From the NCBI GenBank assembly GCA_000091205.1, contig AP006499.2: DNA of 64,000 nucleotides. The stretch is one strand, 5' to 3'. This document shows, piece after piece, positions 29,893 through 40,578 of this stretch (positions are counted from its first letter, which is position 1; each line of letters begins with the position of its first letter). Origin of the DNA: Cyanidioschyzon merolae. Its lineage: Eukaryota. The position numbers and the translations under genes were made by a program. The notes beneath the pieces were generated by a model that was given only the letters and a program-made list of their open reading frames with translations, ran no database searches and was not told the origin of the DNA.

Positions 29893-30960
29893 TCAACTCG
29901 AGTACGATTCATCAGGTGATCGCTGCCTTTGAGCGTGCGGGTTTCCTTCCAGATACCAAAAGCTTGAGGATATCTCTAGCTTTGGCGGCTGCGAGCTTGC
30001 CTCGCTGGATGCAAGTGTTCCCCTGGCAAGCTGATCCGCCATGCGCAGCGGCTCCGGCAGTCGATGCTCCCTCGCAGCCGCATACACGAGCGCCACTGCT
30101 CTACTGAGGTCTATCCCGTGCCCAATGGACACATAGATGGGGTTCACTGCCCGTTTCCCAGTACGCACCGCCGCCCCTAATACCTCATCCACATAAAGCG
30201 ACGATTCGCCGGGATTCCCGTTCCCGAGTCGCTGCGAAAGCGCGTCTCTGGCTTTGGCATCGCATGGTCGCCAGCGCATACACAACGGTAGCACGGTCAA
30301 CTGTTCCACTTGCATGACATGCCGGATATCTCGCTCGCTCGGGTAGAGCATTCGTCCTTGCCAGGTGCCAGTTACTGGGGAGTTTTGCGACGCCACCAGA
30401 GCCGCCAACGCCGGTATACATGGTGCCCTGTGCCCCTGCAGGGTATTCGCAAACCAGTGATAGGTTTTAGCGACGCCAATGGTGCGAACACCGCACTCAA
30501 CGCCGATAGCGCTCGCTAGTCCAAAGCGACGCGGGTGCAGGATCCCGTTCCCGTCCACGAGCAACACATCCAGGTCCTGTCTGTGCCTCAGCACCAGCGA
30601 CCGCACAAGAGGTGCTTCCCTGTAAGCCAGAAACGCCGGTACGTACGGAGGCACCTGTGCTGGGTTCTGGTGTTCCACGGCACCCAAGCGGCCCGGTATG
30701 ACGAGTGCTGCGGTGCAGGGCACGCGGTCCCAGGCGACGTCCACACCGGCGAGGCGCAGCTGCTCCAGGTCGCTCTTAGTCGTTGCCGGGGCGCTTCCCG
30801 TTGTCTGGATCCAAGATCGTTGCACAAGGTAGCTTTTCTCGATCTGTTCAAGTTCCCAGCCGGTCAAATTGAGTGACGAATCTGCCATAAGTCTCCGAAC
30901 GAATGGAGTAGCGACGGCAGCAGCGCTTCCGTCGGCGCTCGCGCAGGCTTCACCGGACAA
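29893..30960 (-). CDS. endonuclease V (deoxyinosine 3' endonuclease)
   Basis: VDGNGILHPRRFGLASAIGVECGVRTIGVAKT and RSLVLRHRQDLDVLLVDGNG match EndoV catalytic motifs. It is convergent with HSP60. Confidence 0.8.
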   Translation of the reverse strand: MSGEACASADGSAAAVATPFVRRLMADSSLNLTGWELEQIEKSYLVQRSWIQTTGSAPATTKSDLEQLRLAGVDVAWDRVPCTAALVIPGRLGAVEHQNPAQVPPYVPAFLAYREAPLVRSLVLRHRQDLDVLLVDGNGILHPRRFGLASAIGVECGVRTIGVAKTYHWFANTLQGHRAPCIPALAALVASQNSPVTGTWQGRMLYPSERDIRHVMQVEQLTVLPLCMRWRPCDAKARDALSQRLGNGNPGESSLYVDEVLGAAVRTGKRAVNPIYVSIGHGIDLSRAVALVYAAAREHRLPEPLRMADQLARGTLASSEASSQPPKLEISSSFWYLEGNPHAQRQRSPDESYSS

Positions 30961-31610
30961 GTCGTCTGGTCACCAGCACTGTGTTTGTTGGTATGCTCAT
31001 ACAAGCGACGTTCCATACGAAGCCCATTTGGCTACCAGAAATGAATACAACTGAAACATGGAACGCGCAGTCGTAGCTAGACGCAAGTGGAGCGTCAAGA
31101 ACAAGTTCTTTCAATCGTAGTAGTGAACGCGGGTGCTTTGGTTTGTGCGCATATGTTAGGCTGTTTTTGTTTTCGTGGCGGAAGCGTTTTCGGGAGGAAG
31201 CAGCTTGCTCCATCGACAACATCGAGTCGAAAGTCACGATGAATGAAAGACCGCAGGTGCGGTCATCAGGATGACGTCTCAGCGTCCTTCGCGCACGCCT
31301 CCGAGAACAATGTGTCTGGCATAGCATCGCAGCACTGAAGCAGTTTGATGGGCACCCATGTAAGAAGGTAATGGAACGGATCCATTTCTCTAACTCGGAC
31401 GTGCACGCTGAAATTTGTGTCTCTTCCAAGGATCAGCAGCACCAGACGATGCGGACTTTTTTTTCTGCGACTGCATCGTTTTCTACTCCCATATCTCGAG
31501 ATGAGAAAACGCCGGTTATTCCTTTCGCTAACAGCTGCGCTGTCAGCAATGGAAGCGTGTTGACGGCAGTGTTCAAGTCCCAACTTTGCTACGATCGGCT
31601 GTTTTCCATG

Positions 31611-31893
31611 TCATTCCCGCACAGGTACAAGTTGCGATCTACGCTGTGCTCGATACACTCATCTGTTTCGTATACAGGCTCGTCATTCCCGCACAGGTAC
31701 AAGTTGCGATCTACGCTGTACTCGATACACTCATCTGTTTCGTATACAGGCTCGTCATTCCCGCACAGGTACAAGTTGCGATCTACGCTGTACTCGATAC
31801 ACTCATCTGTTTCGTATACAGGCTCGTCATTCCCGCACAGGTACAAGTTGCGATCTACGCTGTACTCGATACACTCATCTGTTTCGTATACAG
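31611..31893. repeat. tandem minisatellite, 72-bp unit x ~3.9 (near-identical)
   Basis: The unit tcattcccgcacaggtacaagttgcgatctacgctgt(g/a)ctcgatacactcatctgtttcgtatacaggctcg recurs at 31611, 31683, 31755 and 31827. Confidence 0.9.
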
Positions 31894-32464
31894 CCTCAGC
31901 GCGCGCTTTGCACTGTCGACCCTTGGCTGCGGTCAGGTGTTTCCGCGTGTCCATCACAGCATCTCCTCGTTCTACGAGCGCCTCGGTATACCACGTGAAC
32001 GCTTGGTTCATCACTCGGTACATGCTCTTCAACGGTACTTCAGGCTCCTCCGATGCCCTTTACCGTATCCGCTCCCGGTACCGTACCGTGGAGTCATGGA
32101 CGAGTGCGGCTGCGGGTTTCTCCGGGCGATGCCCCTGGTGAGTACGCTGCTCGCTGGTTACGCAAGAGTACGCTCTTCCATTCGATCAAGCATTTGCAGA
32201 TAGAAGAATCATCCATGATGGAACAAATCCGGGAAGGAAATACAGGTTTGGAGAACACCTCAAGAACGTTTGATCTGCGTACGCGCCCAACGAGCAACAA
32301 ATAGACGCGTTTCTGTCTCTCTCGAAGGGAATCAATCATGGGACGTCAAGAGGTCAGTGAACTTTCGGATTCCGCTCTTGAAGAATTCGTGAAAAGATAA
32401 TGACGAGAGTTTATCGTCGTCGATCCAAGGGCGCGAATCACGGCATCCACAAGATGCCGTGAAA

Positions 32465-32645
32465 CCAAACATTGAAAACTTGAAGCATGCGTAGCTTGAG
32501 CATGCTACACGTCAGAAAAGGAGAAGCGTGGATACTTGTATGGATGGATTGGATAAGAATAGCGAAAATGTTCTGAACGATTGTTAGAGAACGTCGCGAA
32601 TGATCTTCATGTCAGGTGTCGTTACGAATTCTAGCGGCAACAACT
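32465..32645 (+). repeat. ~190-bp dispersed element family, copy B
   Basis: attgaaaacttgaagcat ... gaaaaggagaagcgtggatac ... ggatggattggataag ... gaattctagcggcaacaac. Confidence 0.6.
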
Positions 32646-32843
32646 CGGAGCCACCCCGAAACGACTCTCGATCATCCTGAAACAATTTCGAGTCCCTTAA
32701 CCTTCATTGCTGCACTTCGGATACTTTTGTTGTCCAACAAAAGAGTTCGGAAACAAACCATCGAAATGCAAGCACAGAACGAGCAGTCCAGGATTCCAGT
32801 TTATGCGGACTCTGGTACACCAGACGACGAACAGACCCAAACG

Positions 32844-35800
32844 CTATGCCGCGTGATGCGTCTGCGTGAGAAAAGCGCCCATTCGACTCCAACTCGCGTA
32901 CTTTGGCCAAAAACGCCTCCCGTGTCTTTTGCTCTTACGATGTTTCGAGGCACCGCTTGTTGCATCGTCTGGCGATGCTGTACCAGCCACGGGGGGTTCC
33001 AGTGACGAGCCCGTCTCTCGTTGGTGCACATTCGGGCCAGTTGCTGTGGCCTTGGTGGGCGCTGGTGACGTATCCGCTGTTCCCAGCGCGGACGAAAGCG
33101 TCTCCAGATGAACTGTCTCAGAGGATGCGTCGACACATGCAAAACGCATCATCTGACGTAACACGCGTGCACACAACACACTCAGCGTCTTGGAGGTAGC
33201 GATAGACCCCGACGATGACGAGCGCTCGCGACTAGCTCCCAGGAGAAGCTCCAGCAACGCCACTACCGTCGGAGCGATCCGCTGCAGCCGCTCCACATCC
33301 CCATGCATGCCGGCGAACTGCACGAGTTGCTCAAGCAGCTGAACGGCAGCAGTCTGGGCATCCGCGATCGATGCCTGCAGGTTTCGCATCGAAAAACAAA
33401 AAGGACCGCTCTCCTCGGCGTACGTCTGCATACGCTGCACCCAGTGGCTGCTCCAGCGGGCTCGTAAATACCACAACGCTGCGAAGACGCATGCGTCCAG
33501 ATAGTCCTGGGTGAAAGCGGCTTCTTCTGGACCGTGTACCGCGGTGAGCGCTGTAGCGATTGCCGTACTCACCGGGGCACTGAGCGCTCGAAAAACAGAC
33601 TGTGCATCAGTGCCAATGCCGCGGAAACCTGCCACCAGTTCGTTTCGGGCATGCTGCTCGAGCACAGCCAACACTAAGCGCAATGTTTCCAGGGCATAGA
33701 CGATGCGATCGATATCGGGACGGGTTATAAACTCCTGGTGATCGTTCAGGATCGGGTACGACTCACACAGCAGCAGGCCGAGTAGCGGCCCCAGGACCAG
33801 TTCAGGTGCCAGACGCACGGCGCTGCGTACGAAACGTTCAGCTTCAATCCGGCTCGCCGAGTTTTCACTGCGCAGCGCATCCAGAGCCAGAAAGAGACAA
33901 TTACTGGAAAGCGACTGGGCTAGCCTGAGTTCCCGTGCGAGGCAGAACGCTTGGCGAAAGATAGCCAAATGCTCGACAGGCGAGCCCCATTCACCTTTCA
34001 GGGCAGCGGCGATGTAAGCCTGACACTCCGTCGGATAGAATTCCTGTAGCGAGTACCAGAGCAGTGCTGCCTGACGTCCATACGGAAGCAGCGACGGATG
34101 CAGGAACAGCCAGCACTGCGGAATGAGAAGATCACGAAACTTCTCGATAGGCACAGACGCAAGCAAGTCCACGGATGCGGTGCACTGTTGAGAGGCGCTA
34201 TCCAGCAAGTCTAGGTAATGATCCAGGCCGAGCAACATAAGCGGGAGCGTTCGGCAAACCGCCAGCTGCACAGCATCCTCAAGTGCACTTGCCACCCGCG
34301 TCTGCAGTAGCACGACGGTATCGGCAGTATCATTCACCGTCATTTCCGAGGACGAGGTAGCCCGCGCCCCATTCGGTGCAGCGGAGACGCCAGCGCTCAC
34401 GTCAGAGCAGGCATCCTCGCCCTCGGCGAAAGCGCAGATGCTCAAGGCAAGCTGGACAAGCTCAGCAATGAGGTCACAGCCAGCACGCGCATCCTCGACG
34501 AGCCACGGCTCGCAAGCGAAACGATACGAGCGTAAGCGTTCGAGGCAGAAGCTGGCAGCTCCTTCGGGCAGATCCCCGTGTGTAAGGCGGTTTCGCTCCA
34601 GCCAGGGTCGCCAGATGCGTTTTTCTACTGTTTCCAAGAGGCGCAGCGCTTGCGTAAAGATGGATAACTTGGTCGCGGGATCAGAGTCACGGAGTGCTAT
34701 CCGAATGGCAGAGACAACTCTGGCTAGCACTGTAAAGTGATGCCGCCACTCCAGTGCAGGCAGCTGCGTTTCGGGGCAGCACGGGCCCTGCAGGCGAGCG
34801 CACAAGATCACTGCGTACCGACAGGTATCGAGCACCTGTCCCAGCATGGACAATGATGGTAGCCCCGCGTACGCTACCACAAAAAGGAGACATTCAAAGA
34901 GCACCCGCAGCGACCTGGGTGGTTCCAGTTGACTCTCCATTTGGTGAAGCTGGTGGTGAAGCATTCCCCAGACCTGATCCGGTCCGAGCAGCTGCAGTGC
35001 TTCCCGCAGAGAATGCTCCACGGCCGACCACATCTTGGCCAGTGCGGGTAGCGCAGCTGTCAAACCAGGGGCCTCAGCTGGCCGCAGTTCGCTTCGTGGC
35101 GCTCCTCCAGGCGGCAAACATCCATGGTGCGGCTCCCGCAACAGCCTCTGGATCGATGGATCCATCTCGATCGGTGCGAATGCCTCTGGTGCTTGCGTCA
35201 GCGGCAACGTCGACGACGACGACGACTGCTGCTGCTGCTGCTGCAGTAGCACCAATCGACCGAGTCGCCAGGTGGTGCTCACGAGAATCCGCTCCAGATG
35301 TTCGCGGAGGCACTGGCGCTGAGCGAGCTTGCGTAAGACTTGCGCGAGTGTCAGCGCAGCATCTGCTATCCAGAGCGGATCCTGGGTAAACGCTGCCGCA
35401 GACACCAGTGATGCCGTTTCACTCGCGCCGTCTGCTAGTGCATCTGAGGCAGCCTTTTTGGGCGCATGAGGACACGCACCTGTTGCAGCTGTTACCGCTG
35501 GCGTGGCGAGACTGACCGCTTTGGTACCCGTGAACACGCTCTGTTCGATGCCCCATGCCCCGATATCCTGCAGAATCTCCTCTACAACCGCTTGGAAAAG
35601 ATGTTCCGCTGGCTGATCTTCCATCCAGGCATAGAGACGCTTTCGCAGGGATGCATCCTCGCGGAGGACGACCAACAACGCCTGGGCTAGAAGCGTTTTC
35701 GATTCCACTTCTGTAAAGAGGATTGCAGTCTCCCTTACGCGCAGCAAGGGAATGTGCTCGAGGCGCACTGGTTGCAGCTTTTCGACCGGCTGGTGCTCCA

Positions 35801-37376
35801 TCGGAACGAATCCGATCGTTTGCAGCATCAGATCTAGGGCTTGGCGAACGACCAGGGCGCTCCCGTCCATTAGAGCCCGCTCTAGTGCTGCAGTAACCAG
35901 CCCCGTGTTACCGAACAACGCAGCCCGGCTGACCGGTGTGACTCCGTCTGGTGTCGACGGAGTGCGGGCCTCGTCGTCGAGTTTCAAAAGATACTGCATC
36001 GTCACAAGCCGGAGACGCGACGCAAGCGACGACTCAGCATGGTGCGTTTGGTCCAAGTCGGCTTGTTGCAGTGCCCGAAATGAAATGAGATTTGCGGTGC
36101 TGACACCCTCTCGCTTTGGTGCAATCCATCGAGCGCTTCGTACTTTTGGGCGAGCGCGTACCGCTCGAGGGCCCCTTGGAGAAGCAGTACGCATCGCCAG
36201 CGATCGATCTGTAGGTGTGGCACTTGCTAACGCTGCGGGCATCCATTCGGATACCATCCAACCATTAAAATCCATGCAGAGCATTGCCCGCCACAATGCT
36301 TCCGCGAAGAACGCATCATCACTGAGGTTCTGTCGAACTTGGGCAAGCAGGTCGCTCGCTTGCACGTCGGAAAGGTCTGTGCTGGAGGCGGCTGGAACCT
36401 CGTCCAGCGCTGGTAGCAGCCCCTGCACCAAACCAGCGATTACAGGCCGCAGTGGGCTCCAGTTGCCAGCAGATGTGTCAAGACGAGCAGGGTCGAATGT
36501 AGCATGCCCTGCAGTGGGTTGCTGGTCGACCGCTATCCAGCTGGTCGTGCGTTTCGGTTCCAGTTCAACGAGGGTGCCCTCTGCGCTCGAGAGCGATTGC
36601 GAGGCACCTTCGAAATTGGATGCTTCCCGCACAGCAGCAGCAGACGACAGGCTCGGCAGAGGATGTTCTCCGGTTGGCACATCGAGCGTGCTGTCGAGGA
36701 GTTTGGCATCTTCAGAGACTGCCGCATGCCTTGATGGAGAAGCACCAGGCCCAGGCAACACGGAAGCAGCTGCTCGCGGCTGCTGAGTGTCGGAACGTGA
36801 CCTCGTGCGGTCGTTTGGCACCGTCCAGCCCGGTGCGACGTCCGACATTGAAGCATCTGGACTCGTTCCTTGCCATGGAGCAGCGGAGACCAAGGTCGAC
36901 TGTGGCTGACTCGCAGGCAGCAGGTGCTCTGCGCGCAGCACGACGATATAGCGACGGTAGATGTCTAGAAGCTTTGGTCGGACCGCCGTCGAGCAGTAGC
37001 TCATGAGCGGAAACAAGCCCACAGCATAGATGCTTAGATCTCTTGCCAGTCTCCTGGCTCCGATTCGCTGAAAGATCAGCTCATAGACCTCCAGCGCTTT
37101 GAGGTGCAAGCCCGCAGGAAAGCCCCCGTACAAGCAGTGTGCAAGCCACTTGGAAAGCGCGTACTTTTCCGGGATGAAGGCGTGCTGCGCGTGTCGATTG
37201 AGGCAACGTCTTACTTCACCCAGTTGCGAGGCATAGTCTGCCCAGTCGCTGGCCTTTTCGAAACGGAGTAGCACCGCGGAAAGCTCCGCACGGAACGCTC
37301 GGTACTTGACCGCCTGTAGTGCAGGCGGTGCGTCATCCTCTGCATCGTACACGGCAGGGTCATACTCTTCAGCCAT
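32844..37376 (-). CDS. DOP1: Dopey (DOP1) family protein
   Basis: The N-terminal Dopey domain reads KYRAFRAELSAVLLRFEKASDWADYASQLGEV...KWLAHCLYGGFPAGLHLKALEVYELIFQRIGARRLARDLSIYAVGLFPLM...LRKRLYAWM, parallel to the metazoan DOP1 N-termini. 1510-aa ORF with a polyQ/polyS insert. Confidence 0.85.
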   Translation of the reverse strand: MAEEYDPAVYDAEDDAPPALQAVKYRAFRAELSAVLLRFEKASDWADYASQLGEVRRCLNRHAQHAFIPEKYALSKWLAHCLYGGFPAGLHLKALEVYELIFQRIGARRLARDLSIYAVGLFPLMSYCSTAVRPKLLDIYRRYIVVLRAEHLLPASQPQSTLVSAAPWQGTSPDASMSDVAPGWTVPNDRTRSRSDTQQPRAAASVLPGPGASPSRHAAVSEDAKLLDSTLDVPTGEHPLPSLSSAAAVREASNFEGASQSLSSAEGTLVELEPKRTTSWIAVDQQPTAGHATFDPARLDTSAGNWSPLRPVIAGLVQGLLPALDEVPAASSTDLSDVQASDLLAQVRQNLSDDAFFAEALWRAMLCMDFNGWMVSEWMPAALASATPTDRSLAMRTASPRGPRAVRARPKVRSARWIAPKREGVSTANLISFRALQQADLDQTHHAESSLASRLRLVTMQYLLKLDDEARTPSTPDGVTPVSRAALFGNTGLVTAALERALMDGSALVVRQALDLMLQTIGFVPMEHQPVEKLQPVRLEHIPLLRVRETAILFTEVESKTLLAQALLVVLREDASLRKRLYAWMEDQPAEHLFQAVVEEILQDIGAWGIEQSVFTGTKAVSLATPAVTAATGACPHAPKKAASDALADGASETASLVSAAAFTQDPLWIADAALTLAQVLRKLAQRQCLREHLERILVSTTWRLGRLVLLQQQQQQSSSSSTLPLTQAPEAFAPIEMDPSIQRLLREPHHGCLPPGGAPRSELRPAEAPGLTAALPALAKMWSAVEHSLREALQLLGPDQVWGMLHHQLHQMESQLEPPRSLRVLFECLLFVVAYAGLPSLSMLGQVLDTCRYAVILCARLQGPCCPETQLPALEWRHHFTVLARVVSAIRIALRDSDPATKLSIFTQALRLLETVEKRIWRPWLERNRLTHGDLPEGAASFCLERLRSYRFACEPWLVEDARAGCDLIAELVQLALSICAFAEGEDACSDVSAGVSAAPNGARATSSSEMTVNDTADTVVLLQTRVASALEDAVQLAVCRTLPLMLLGLDHYLDLLDSASQQCTASVDLLASVPIEKFRDLLIPQCWLFLHPSLLPYGRQAALLWYSLQEFYPTECQAYIAAALKGEWGSPVEHLAIFRQAFCLARELRLAQSLSSNCLFLALDALRSENSASRIEAERFVRSAVRLAPELVLGPLLGLLLCESYPILNDHQEFITRPDIDRIVYALETLRLVLAVLEQHARNELVAGFRGIGTDAQSVFRALSAPVSTAIATALTAVHGPEEAAFTQDYLDACVFAALWYLRARWSSHWVQRMQTYAEESGPFCFSMRNLQASIADAQTAAVQLLEQLVQFAGMHGDVERLQRIAPTVVALLELLLGASRERSSSSGSIATSKTLSVLCARVLRQMMRFACVDASSETVHLETLSSALGTADTSPAPTKATATGPNVHQRETGSSLEPPVAGTASPDDATSGASKHRKSKRHGRRFWPKYASWSRMGAFLTQTHHAA

Positions 37377-39285
37377 AAAATAGTACTTGAAAGGTGTCTA
37401 CGACCAGAATATGCAACTTGACCTAAGGATGTCGGCACTGAACGCTTTTTGCGTCTTCCAGGACGGCACCTGTCTCGTCGGTGACAGTGCAGCGGGTAAC
37501 GGCCTTGCGCCCGCTGGCTGGCATTATGTTTCGCAGAACGCTCGAGGTCTGGTTTGCCTCGTGTGTCGTCGCGGTCGGAAACTGGCGAAACTGCTATTCT
37601 AGATAGACGCTGGCGTTGCATGACGTTCAAGCGGTGCGTTTAACTCGATAACCAGTGCACCAATGGAGCCTGCAAGCCAGGGTGCGTGTTGGAGCTCAAC
37701 GTCGATCAGGGTATACGTTCGTTTCCGGGTGCACTGGTATGTGTACTAGAGGCGTTATTCCGAGACGGGAAGTTGCCGATTATGTGGGGTAACCGTTTTG
37801 CTCGATACAATTTCTTCTGACTCCCGTTGATTCCTCTGCGTCGGACGCGTTTCCGGTACGGTTCGGACGAGGAAAGCTACTGCTCTCCCGGAGCGCTGCG
37901 AGAAAGCGAAGGCGCCTTGTTCGAGTACCTGCTTCGTATCCGCGTTTTCGTGAACAGGGCGCTTATTCTTCAGTGGTCAGAGTGCACTGGGCTGGAGCGT
38001 GCCCGCACCAGGCGACACAACGCAACTAGCACTACCGCAGGCGCGTACGAGCCTGCGAAGTAGGCGAGCACCTTGCGGAAGGTTAGGCGGGAAACAGAGG
38101 AACGCGTCCCATCGAGTCTAGTTTTGGTATGGACCACAGAGGACGCTATATTCTGTGCAGAAAGCATTTGCGTACGAAAATGTTCATTTTGTGGTGTAGG
38201 ACTGACGAATCCACCACGACTGTACTGGACATGCGCATCCAGCGGATTCCCGTCCGTGAGATTTGGGCTTCTGCATCGATGGATACGCGTTTCATTTCAC
38301 AAAGTACAGAGACCTTCCAGGGATGTGAGGCTCGTTGAAACTAGCGATCGTTTGGGCGCTGAGCCTGCCACCAACGCAGTTCGGAGATACGATGGCCTTT
38401 TCGCACCCTGTGGGACGTCGGCTTGGAACGTACCAAGGTGTGAACCCGCGTTTCTGCTCTGCAATAGAGCACTCGCTGCGAATCATTCATGCCGTCGCTG
38501 TCCTGGGAAGCTACAAAGCTGCAGCGCATGGAACCTGCTCGACGCTGGCCTCGTTGCGTTCTGGAAGCTGCAGTACCGATGCGACACTGTGGCAGAGAGG
38601 AATGTGGACACAGCACTACTGATGATGAGCTGCAAGCATGACGATCGCTATCATCATCGTCATCGTCCATATGCGCGATTACCTTCGAATCGGTACTTGT
38701 TGGTGCGCCTTGCAATGGAGAAGCACAAGGCGCATTTACACAAAGAGTTTGACGCGATGTTCATCGAAAGGAAGACACATTTACCTGCTAAGCGTTTTAC
38801 AACGGGGTTGTGGCGACAAGGGTTGCGCGTCTCTCACGAGAAAGTGCCGTAGCAGGTGAGCCCGCTGTAGCAGCCGTCATCGAGTCCGCTAGACAAGCGG
38901 CTCAACACAAACGTCCCAGAATATTCGAATAACGCTTGCTGGGAGATATTTTGCGAGCCTGGTGTCATCCGTCACTGCCAGACCATGCGAACCACCTCCA
39001 CGGAAGCATTCGTAGACGGATCGAAATGGTGCTGACGCTGCCTCGCGTCGCCTCAAGGCACAAGGTAATCTCGAGCCTTAACGTCCCACAGCTGTGCCAG
39101 CAAGCGCGTCAAAGAGACCCAGTCCTGACCCAAGAGATGTGATGCTGTCTCTGTTCCTGGCTGCGCAGTTGGGCGCATCGCTCGATCATTTCCGCCACGT
39201 GATAGCAAATCGTCCTCCATAACGACAGCTGGGAAATGGTTCCTTTTTAGGCACGCAGGCACACCGCTTGGTACCATCCGCTCGC

Positions 39286-40578
39286 TCAGTGCTCGACGTG
39301 AGCGCTCCCATGATGTATTGTGCACACAGCGCTTTCTGCGCTCGCCGGTGGACGCCAAGACTTGGCCATGATCCAGCGATAGACCCGAGTGGGTATCCAG
39401 ACAGCCACTGCCATCACAATGTGATCCATGATCCATGGAAACCCGTAATGGTCGCCCCTGCGTAAGAGTGCCCATATAATATGATCTGCTGCTGCATCTG
39501 GCGAGAGACAGCACGGTTTCCAGTGCCGCTGATGGGCGATCGCAGGCGTGTCTACGAAACCTGGACAAACTGTGACTAATCGTACCCTGTGATCGCCAGC
39601 GATCCGAAGCTCCATGCGGAGGCTCTCTGTGAGGTAATTGAGCGCGGCCTTGGTTGCCCCGTAGAGCGCTCCACCGGGTAACGCCCGATACGCTGCCAGC
39701 GATGACACGACAACCACATCTAGGTTCTCGACAAGTGCAGAGGACTCGTTGGGTGCCGATGCAATGATGTCCTTTGTGGATGCTTGTTGATCGCTCGGAC
39801 GACACGAGGCGGGAATTTTCGTTTGAAGGAGGTCTCGAAAGGCATCTACGATCTTGAGTCGGGCTCGATGCTCGGGGATACCACTGCTACTCGGACTGGG
39901 CTTCGATTTCCGGGCACGAGATCGGGTTCTGTTGACGTCTACGCTGCAGTTGTGTCCTGATGCTTTGGTCGGTTCGTTCGGGGCAGAGAGCAGCTCCCGA
40001 AGAAGCCGATGAAGGATACGCGCTGGTGCCCACAGGTTGGTCTCGAGTACTTCCCGCAGCGTGTCGAGGCTCGTGTCCACAAAGAGACATCCATTCTGGT
40101 TCACGCCGGCGTTCAGAATAACAACGGAAACACCGAGTTGAAGAACACGCTGCAGGACGTGGTCCAGCTCGTTGCCACTTGCCCGCAAGTTCACTGGTTC
40201 GATGACCACAGCCGGTTTGTCCATTTCCCGGGTGTCCGTCGATGCGGTTGCTTTACCCGCGAGTGCCTCTGATACCTGGGCAGCGAGCGACTCTAGCAAC
40301 TCGACGCGTCGTGCACTGACGACGACCCGAGCCCCGTAAAAGACAGCGAGTCGAAAGGCTAGCGCCCTCCCGATCCCAGACGAAGCACCAGTGACCCAAA
40401 CGACTCGTCCTCTTAGGCTCGCTCGACGTGCCCGCAGGTCGTAGTGAACGCTAACTCGCCATAGAACCCAACAAAACGCAAAGATCGCGACGAGTGTCCA
40501 GATGAGCGTCATCGCCGCCAACGTCGTTACCCGACGAAACAGTGGGAGCGCGAAACAGCCGAAACTGTGGAGCAGCAC
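39286..40578 (-). CDS. short-chain dehydrogenase/reductase (SDR) with an N-terminal membrane anchor and a ~90-aa low-complexity insertion
   Basis: VVWVTGASSGIGRALA (TGxxxGxG), NAGV, ...VVVVSSLAAYRALPGGALYGATKAALNYL (YxxxK) and a TM helix MTLIWTLVAIFAFCWVLW. Confidence 0.75.
   Translation of the reverse strand: MLLHSFGCFALPLFRRVTTLAAMTLIWTLVAIFAFCWVLWRVSVHYDLRARRASLRGRVVWVTGASSGIGRALAFRLAVFYGARVVVSARRVELLESLAAQVSEALAGKATASTDTREMDKPAVVIEPVNLRASGNELDHVLQRVLQLGVSVVILNAGVNQNGCLFVDTSLDTLREVLETNLWAPARILHRLLRELLSAPNEPTKASGHNCSVDVNRTRSRARKSKPSPSSSGIPEHRARLKIVDAFRDLLQTKIPASCRPSDQQASTKDIIASAPNESSALVENLDVVVVSSLAAYRALPGGALYGATKAALNYLTESLRMELRIAGDHRVRLVTVCPGFVDTPAIAHQRHWKPCCLSPDAAADHIIWALLRRGDHYGFPWIMDHIVMAVAVWIPTRVYRWIMAKSWRPPASAESAVCTIHHGSAHVEH

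Noticed and set aside
35752-36786. 344-aa plus-strand ORF
   Set aside because: It is antisense to the well-supported Dopey gene. It is Ser/Arg/Ala-rich, as expected for the reverse frame of GC-rich coding DNA.
38073-38852. 259-aa plus-strand ORF
   Set aside because: Cys/Arg/Trp-rich, no recognisable motif, in a region otherwise devoid of conservation. Treated as a chance ORF.
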